Below, piece by piece: positions 28,018-32,000 of a stretch of DNA of 32,000 nt. Below the pieces are notes generated by a model. That model was not told the DNA's origin and ran no database searches. It saw only the letters and a program-made list of their open reading frames with translations. The stretch lies in NCBI GenBank assembly GCA_003144275.1, contig NJBF01000011.1:1-32000 (forward strand), written 5' to 3'. The DNA is from Candidatus Heimdallarchaeota archaeon B3_Heim (GTDB lineage: Archaea > Asgardarchaeota > Heimdallarchaeia > Hodarchaeales > Hodarchaeaceae). Made by a program: the position numbers and the translations under genes. Each line of letters opens with the position of its first letter. The stretch's first letter is position 1.

Positions 28018-30633
28018 TCATTCCTCTTCAATCTGGAATTGAAAGGAAGATTCGATAACAGGGGATACGTGCGGTTCTTCTAGCAGTATAGGCTGAACAG
28101 AGGGGGATGCTACTTTCTGGGGGCGTTTTCGAACCTTCTGGTAGTATAATACTAGTATTAATCCCAAAGAAAAGCCCACGATTTCAAGTGATTCTGAAAT
28201 CATTGCAATTAGAAGGAGAATTGAAAATGGTTCGGTAAGAATGACACTAAAGGTAAAACTAGGTACACCAATTGGAATAAGCAGTAACAAATGAAGGGTT
28301 CGAAGAAAAATGACAAACATCCCTAAAAGGAAAACTCCAATACGAATGATGGACCTTGAGTATCCAGAGCCGGACATAAATCGTCTGAAAATTGAGGGTA
28401 AGCTAGTGTATATTACCCAAGCAAAGAAAATTCCCTGTAACTCAAAATATAACCCATAAAGAACTGGTGTACTTATTAGCGTTTCTTGACTAACCCAAGT
28501 TACCAATTGATGCCACCAAGGTAACTCAGAAATTTGAATAAAAAAGAATGTAGTATTCTCGGTAAAAAAGATTGAGATAAGAAAATTAAGGAGATTCGAG
28601 AAGACACGATATAACTCTATTGAAAGACTCACTGCTAAAATTATTGTTTTATAATTCCAGCGACTTTTTTTCTGCTCTGCAGGTCGAAAGATCGCCCTCA
28701 CTGATGTTCCTCCGGCAAAATTCAATATAAACATGTAAAGTGCAAGTGGAAGAGTAAATACAATGAAAATAAGTTCTAAAATCCCCATATTTGATAAAAG
28801 AGTGATTTGCTCTGATGAGGGGGGTGTAGAAAGGTCTTTAACAAAAAAGGCCTGAAATAGATCTAATACATCATTTAACGAGGATGAGGATGAATAAGAT
28901 GCTTGTACCAACACGATAAATCGTACAAAAAGCATCCAGAGCATGAAATAGACAATTACAACTATCAATACTTTCAAAGATGTATTCAAGAAGCGTCGGG
29001 TCCGAGAAATTCGCTGTTTTACTGAGATTTGACCACGAAATCGGTTTTTCCCCCAACTAAAGAATGAAAGGAGGGTACCTAGTAGAATAAAAGTCACAGC
29101 CAAGAAGAATATTCGGTATCCCAGATCGACGAACCCTTTAGCTGTTAGAACAGAAACTTGATTTTGAAATTTTTCTCTACTTAATTCAGTGAATAACATA
29201 GCCATTAGAAAAAGAATAACACTCGAAAACATCCACTCTGAAAAACGAACATTCACTATAACTGGGAATTTCTTGAATGTCGTCCTTTCAGATGGGAATT
29301 CTGAATCTGAGATTAGGTTTGCGTGTATACTTCGTTGTTTCTTTGTTAATCGTCGATTTTCCCAGCGTAGAGTGAGAAAAAACAGAAAGGGGAGCCCGAG
29401 AAAAAGAAGTAAATTTAGTACTATGATTAAAAATTCTAAATGTGGTTGAATAGGGGTTTCATCGATCCATATTGAATAAAGAGAATTACCTGCGAACCCC
29501 CCGTCTACCTGAATAACCAATAGTTCGACAGCTAGAGGGATCGGAATCTCAACAAGATAGGGAAGAGCATTTGGTACATAGTTTGAGAGTGGAGAGACAT
29601 CTGCTCCGTTTCCAGAAGTAAGACCGAGAAGTTGTACATCAACTGTAGAATTGATCCGTCCTTCCAAATCAAAAATATAAAGTTGAACTCCTGGGAGATT
29701 ACTTTGTAAAATCACTGTTCCCTTCGTTCGTATTTCTGAGGTAAAAATATAATAATCAGTTGGATCTTCAAGTCCCTCCTCATTTACAGTTCCAACAATC
29801 CAATTTTGAGCAGATATATGGTCATGGGAGACGAGGGTAGTGTACAAATCATCTGGAACATCAGTGTTTAAATCGTCGATGACCAATGGTGCATCAGCAA
29901 TATGTTCTGTTAGTTGAGTGGGATCCGTTCCTAATAAAAATTCAATGTAATCTGATAATCCATCATTATCAGAATCAGGAGATAGTTCTATCCGAACTGA
30001 AAATTGAAATTTCTCTGACCCCCAATTGCCCGCAGCATCGCTCACATAAACTGATAGTCGGTGAGATCCATCTTCACGAGGAAGATTAACAATAAAAGGA
30101 AAAAGCAAACTCTGGTTCTCTTCAGCATTCCAGTGGTATAATACTTTATCTAGATTGGTATCGTTGATCAATAGTTCGATAGGTGTTTCGGGAATATGCT
30201 GACTATTATTCACCATTGATTCCAATAATATAATAGGAGTTGTATCATCAGTGATATAGTGAAATTTTTGGTATTCCCACACATCCAAACTGTCTAATGC
30301 ATAAACATGTAAGAAGTGAGGCCCATCACCAGGTGGTAATAGCGTAGTATATGGGGGAAGCCATGTAATGTTAGGTTGAGAATCCCAATTGAAATCAACC
30401 CGTAGTAGGGAAGCATCATCGATATCTAAAACAATTTTAGTATCAGATGGAAGAATAGAATTATTGGAAGGGGATTGTAGAAAAATATAATTTACTGCTG
30501 TTGCCATATCAACATTGAAAGAGAAAGGTGCAATTTTTTCCTCTAAATTGTAGGTTAAACTCCCTGAATCTATCACATTGAGAGTAAAATTGGTAAGTAA
30601 GAGTAAAAATATGATAAATGTTCTATTTCTCAT
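28018..30633 (-). CDS. Large membrane protein: two Ig-like repeats, TSP3-like Ca-binding motif, PPC-like region, about 9 TM helices
   Basis: Signal peptide; two repeats ending DGPHFLHVYALD / DGSHRLSVYVSDAAGNW; PDSDNDGLSDYIEFLLGTDP; DPTDYYIF; hydrophobic C-terminal half. Confidence 0.8.
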   Translation of the reverse strand: MRNRTFIIFLLLLTNFTLNVIDSGSLTYNLEEKIAPFSFNVDMATAVNYIFLQSPSNNSILPSDTKIVLDIDDASLLRVDFNWDSQPNITWLPPYTTLLPPGDGPHFLHVYALDSLDVWEYQKFHYITDDTTPIILLESMVNNSQHIPETPIELLINDTNLDKVLYHWNAEENQSLLFPFIVNLPREDGSHRLSVYVSDAAGNWGSEKFQFSVRIELSPDSDNDGLSDYIEFLLGTDPTQLTEHIADAPLVIDDLNTDVPDDLYTTLVSHDHISAQNWIVGTVNEEGLEDPTDYYIFTSEIRTKGTVILQSNLPGVQLYIFDLEGRINSTVDVQLLGLTSGNGADVSPLSNYVPNALPYLVEIPIPLAVELLVIQVDGGFAGNSLYSIWIDETPIQPHLEFLIIVLNLLLFLGLPFLFFLTLRWENRRLTKKQRSIHANLISDSEFPSERTTFKKFPVIVNVRFSEWMFSSVILFLMAMLFTELSREKFQNQVSVLTAKGFVDLGYRIFFLAVTFILLGTLLSFFSWGKNRFRGQISVKQRISRTRRFLNTSLKVLIVVIVYFMLWMLFVRFIVLVQASYSSSSSLNDVLDLFQAFFVKDLSTPPSSEQITLLSNMGILELIFIVFTLPLALYMFILNFAGGTSVRAIFRPAEQKKSRWNYKTIILAVSLSIELYRVFSNLLNFLISIFFTENTTFFFIQISELPWWHQLVTWVSQETLISTPVLYGLYFELQGIFFAWVIYTSLPSIFRRFMSGSGYSRSIIRIGVFLLGMFVIFLRTLHLLLLIPIGVPSFTFSVILTEPFSILLLIAMISESLEIVGFSLGLILVLYYQKVRKRPQKVASPSVQPILLEEPHVSPVIESSFQFQIEEE

Positions 30634-30880
30634 TTCCTAGATCCTTCAAAATCGATGGCATTCTATTCATCCATCTAAAAGAAAGGGCCTTATTTAGTTT
30701 GATATTATCTTTTCGTATGATTTAGCCAATCGTATGCAAAAAATTGTAGGTTTTCTGGATCTAGCCATACTCTTAAAAGAAGTCTCTAATTGCCACGAAG
30801 CACTTCGAGAGGTTATAGCAGCGAATGATTAATTATTAGAAATACAGAAATTGTGAAATTATCAAAAATTTTACTAAGAT

Positions 30881-31588
30881 TTATCTTGTAATGACTTGTC
30901 TTGCCATTGAAACAAAACATTCCTCGATTGCTTTACAATCATCTACTCTAATGCAAAATAAATTCATTTGGTTCAGATCAGCTAGATATCTTACCAGCTG
31001 AATGTTTGTAAGATGCGAGACAGAATTAATCTCTGCATTTCTCCTTCTTCTTTTCGATACTTTTATAGTAGAAAGAACGTGTTGAGATTTTCTCCTAAAA
31101 ATAACTCTACATTGATTTAAAATTCGATCTCGGATAGTTAGAGATTGTTTAATTTCTTTTTTCTTACGTCTTCGTGGGGAATATTTCCATCCTTTGATTA
31201 CTACAATGCCCATAGGGACGTGTGTACGATAGGAAAGATGCTTCTCAAACTCTGTGAGCCAATTAGGAATTGCTTCGATTGATTTTCGGTCATTAATATT
31301 ACAAAAAATTAACCCTGCTGATGCACCACGATAGTAGCTAGGTCTTAGCTTTCCAAAGAATTCTTGACCAGCTGTATCCACTAATATGAGTTTTACCTGG
31401 TTATTACCAACATTGATTTTCTTAGTGGTAATATCTACTCCCAATGTCGGTAAATAATTAGTATCAAATTTGTTTTCCGCAAACTTTCTAATAAAAAGAG
31501 TTTTTCCTGTGTTTCCAGACCCGATTGCACAGATTTTGAGGAGATATTCATTATTTTTTATCTGATTATCTCGCTTACAGTTATACAC
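30881..31588 (-). CDS. Rab/Ras-superfamily small GTPase with degenerate G4/G5 and a basic insertion
   Basis: G1 GSGNTGKT, G2 YLPTLG, G3 DTAGQE, Rab-like YYRGA; no NKxD or SAK motif. Confidence 0.88.
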   Translation of the reverse strand: MYNCKRDNQIKNNEYLLKICAIGSGNTGKTLFIRKFAENKFDTNYLPTLGVDITTKKINVGNNQVKLILVDTAGQEFFGKLRPSYYRGASAGLIFCNINDRKSIEAIPNWLTEFEKHLSYRTHVPMGIVVIKGWKYSPRRRKKKEIKQSLTIRDRILNQCRVIFRRKSQHVLSTIKVSKRRRRNAEINSVSHLTNIQLVRYLADLNQMNLFCIRVDDCKAIEECFVSMARQVITR

Positions 31589-31927
31589 TATCTTTCACAG
31601 GAAATTATTAATGTCTTGCCTTTTCTTCATGTTACTAGGATATTGTCGGTTTTTAAGCTTACCTCGAGAACTTCTCACTGGTTACTATTTGAAAACTGAT
31701 TGAGTGTGTTAGAAATTAACTTGTATCTTTGAAGTTCTTTCCTCAGAATTTTCTGAAAGAAGTTGATTATTCGAGATTTCGAATCATTCAAGCTATTAAT
31801 ATAGATGTAAATCACTAGTGAAGGGGGAAACTAGTAATCCTAGCATTAGTTCTATTGGAGTACATAAAAAATGTCTCAATTTCAAAAAAAGAAACCTATA
31901 GTATATTTGATTTTGTGTTTAATCTCA

Positions 31928-32000
31928 TCATTTTCGATAGCAACGGTCACAGCAGCGTTTTCCATATGCATTAACTACCGAAGATTTACCTGACGGTTTT
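31928..32000 (-). CDS. Possible C-terminal tail of a gene entering from outside the window
   Basis: The only open minus frame reads KPSGKSSVVNAYGKRCCDRCYRK*. Confidence 0.3.
   Translation of the reverse strand, partial: KPSGKSSVVNAYGKRCCDRCYRK

Noticed and set aside
27366-28042. Short ORFs at 27366-27622 and 27836-28042
   Set aside because: Shadows of the wHTH gene or low-complexity intergenic sequence overlapping the end of the large membrane gene.
1-32000. CRISPR array, rRNA, intact tRNA or IS transposase
   Set aside because: No regularly spaced repeats, no complete cloverleaf, and no DDE or TnpB motifs were seen by eye; small RNAs could be missed without covariance models.

Overview
AT-rich archaeal DNA, most likely an Asgard archaeon (Heimdallarchaeia/Hodarchaeales-like). 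This is an inference from a Rab-like GTPase, a longin/uDENN-like protein, Ig-like/SBBP surface proteins and repeated Ser/Thr-linker + TM + basic-tail C-termini. The left half (about 3.6-16 kb) is a defence island. It holds an EVE-domain McrB-like GTPase with an McrC-like PD-(D/E)XK nuclease, a decayed nuclease-like ORF, a Type IIG restriction-modification enzyme, and a PD-(D/E)XK protein whose C-terminal HNH domain is hidden behind a +1 frameshift. An SBBP surface-protein gene sits inside the island between 81-bp direct repeats. The right half carries metabolic, surface and eukaryote-like genes: Imm5-like protein, longin/gelsolin-like/winged-helix fusion candidate, SDR, Zn-ADH with an in-frame TAA, MBL hydrolase, RING-like/nuclease-fold protein, S8 protease, frameshifted SAM methyltransferase, wHTH regulator, Ig-like + polytopic membrane protein, and a Rab-like GTPase lacking G4/G5 with a polybasic insert. 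No rRNA, intact tRNA, CRISPR array or intact transposase was seen. All domain calls are by-eye motif recognition; no database searches were run.
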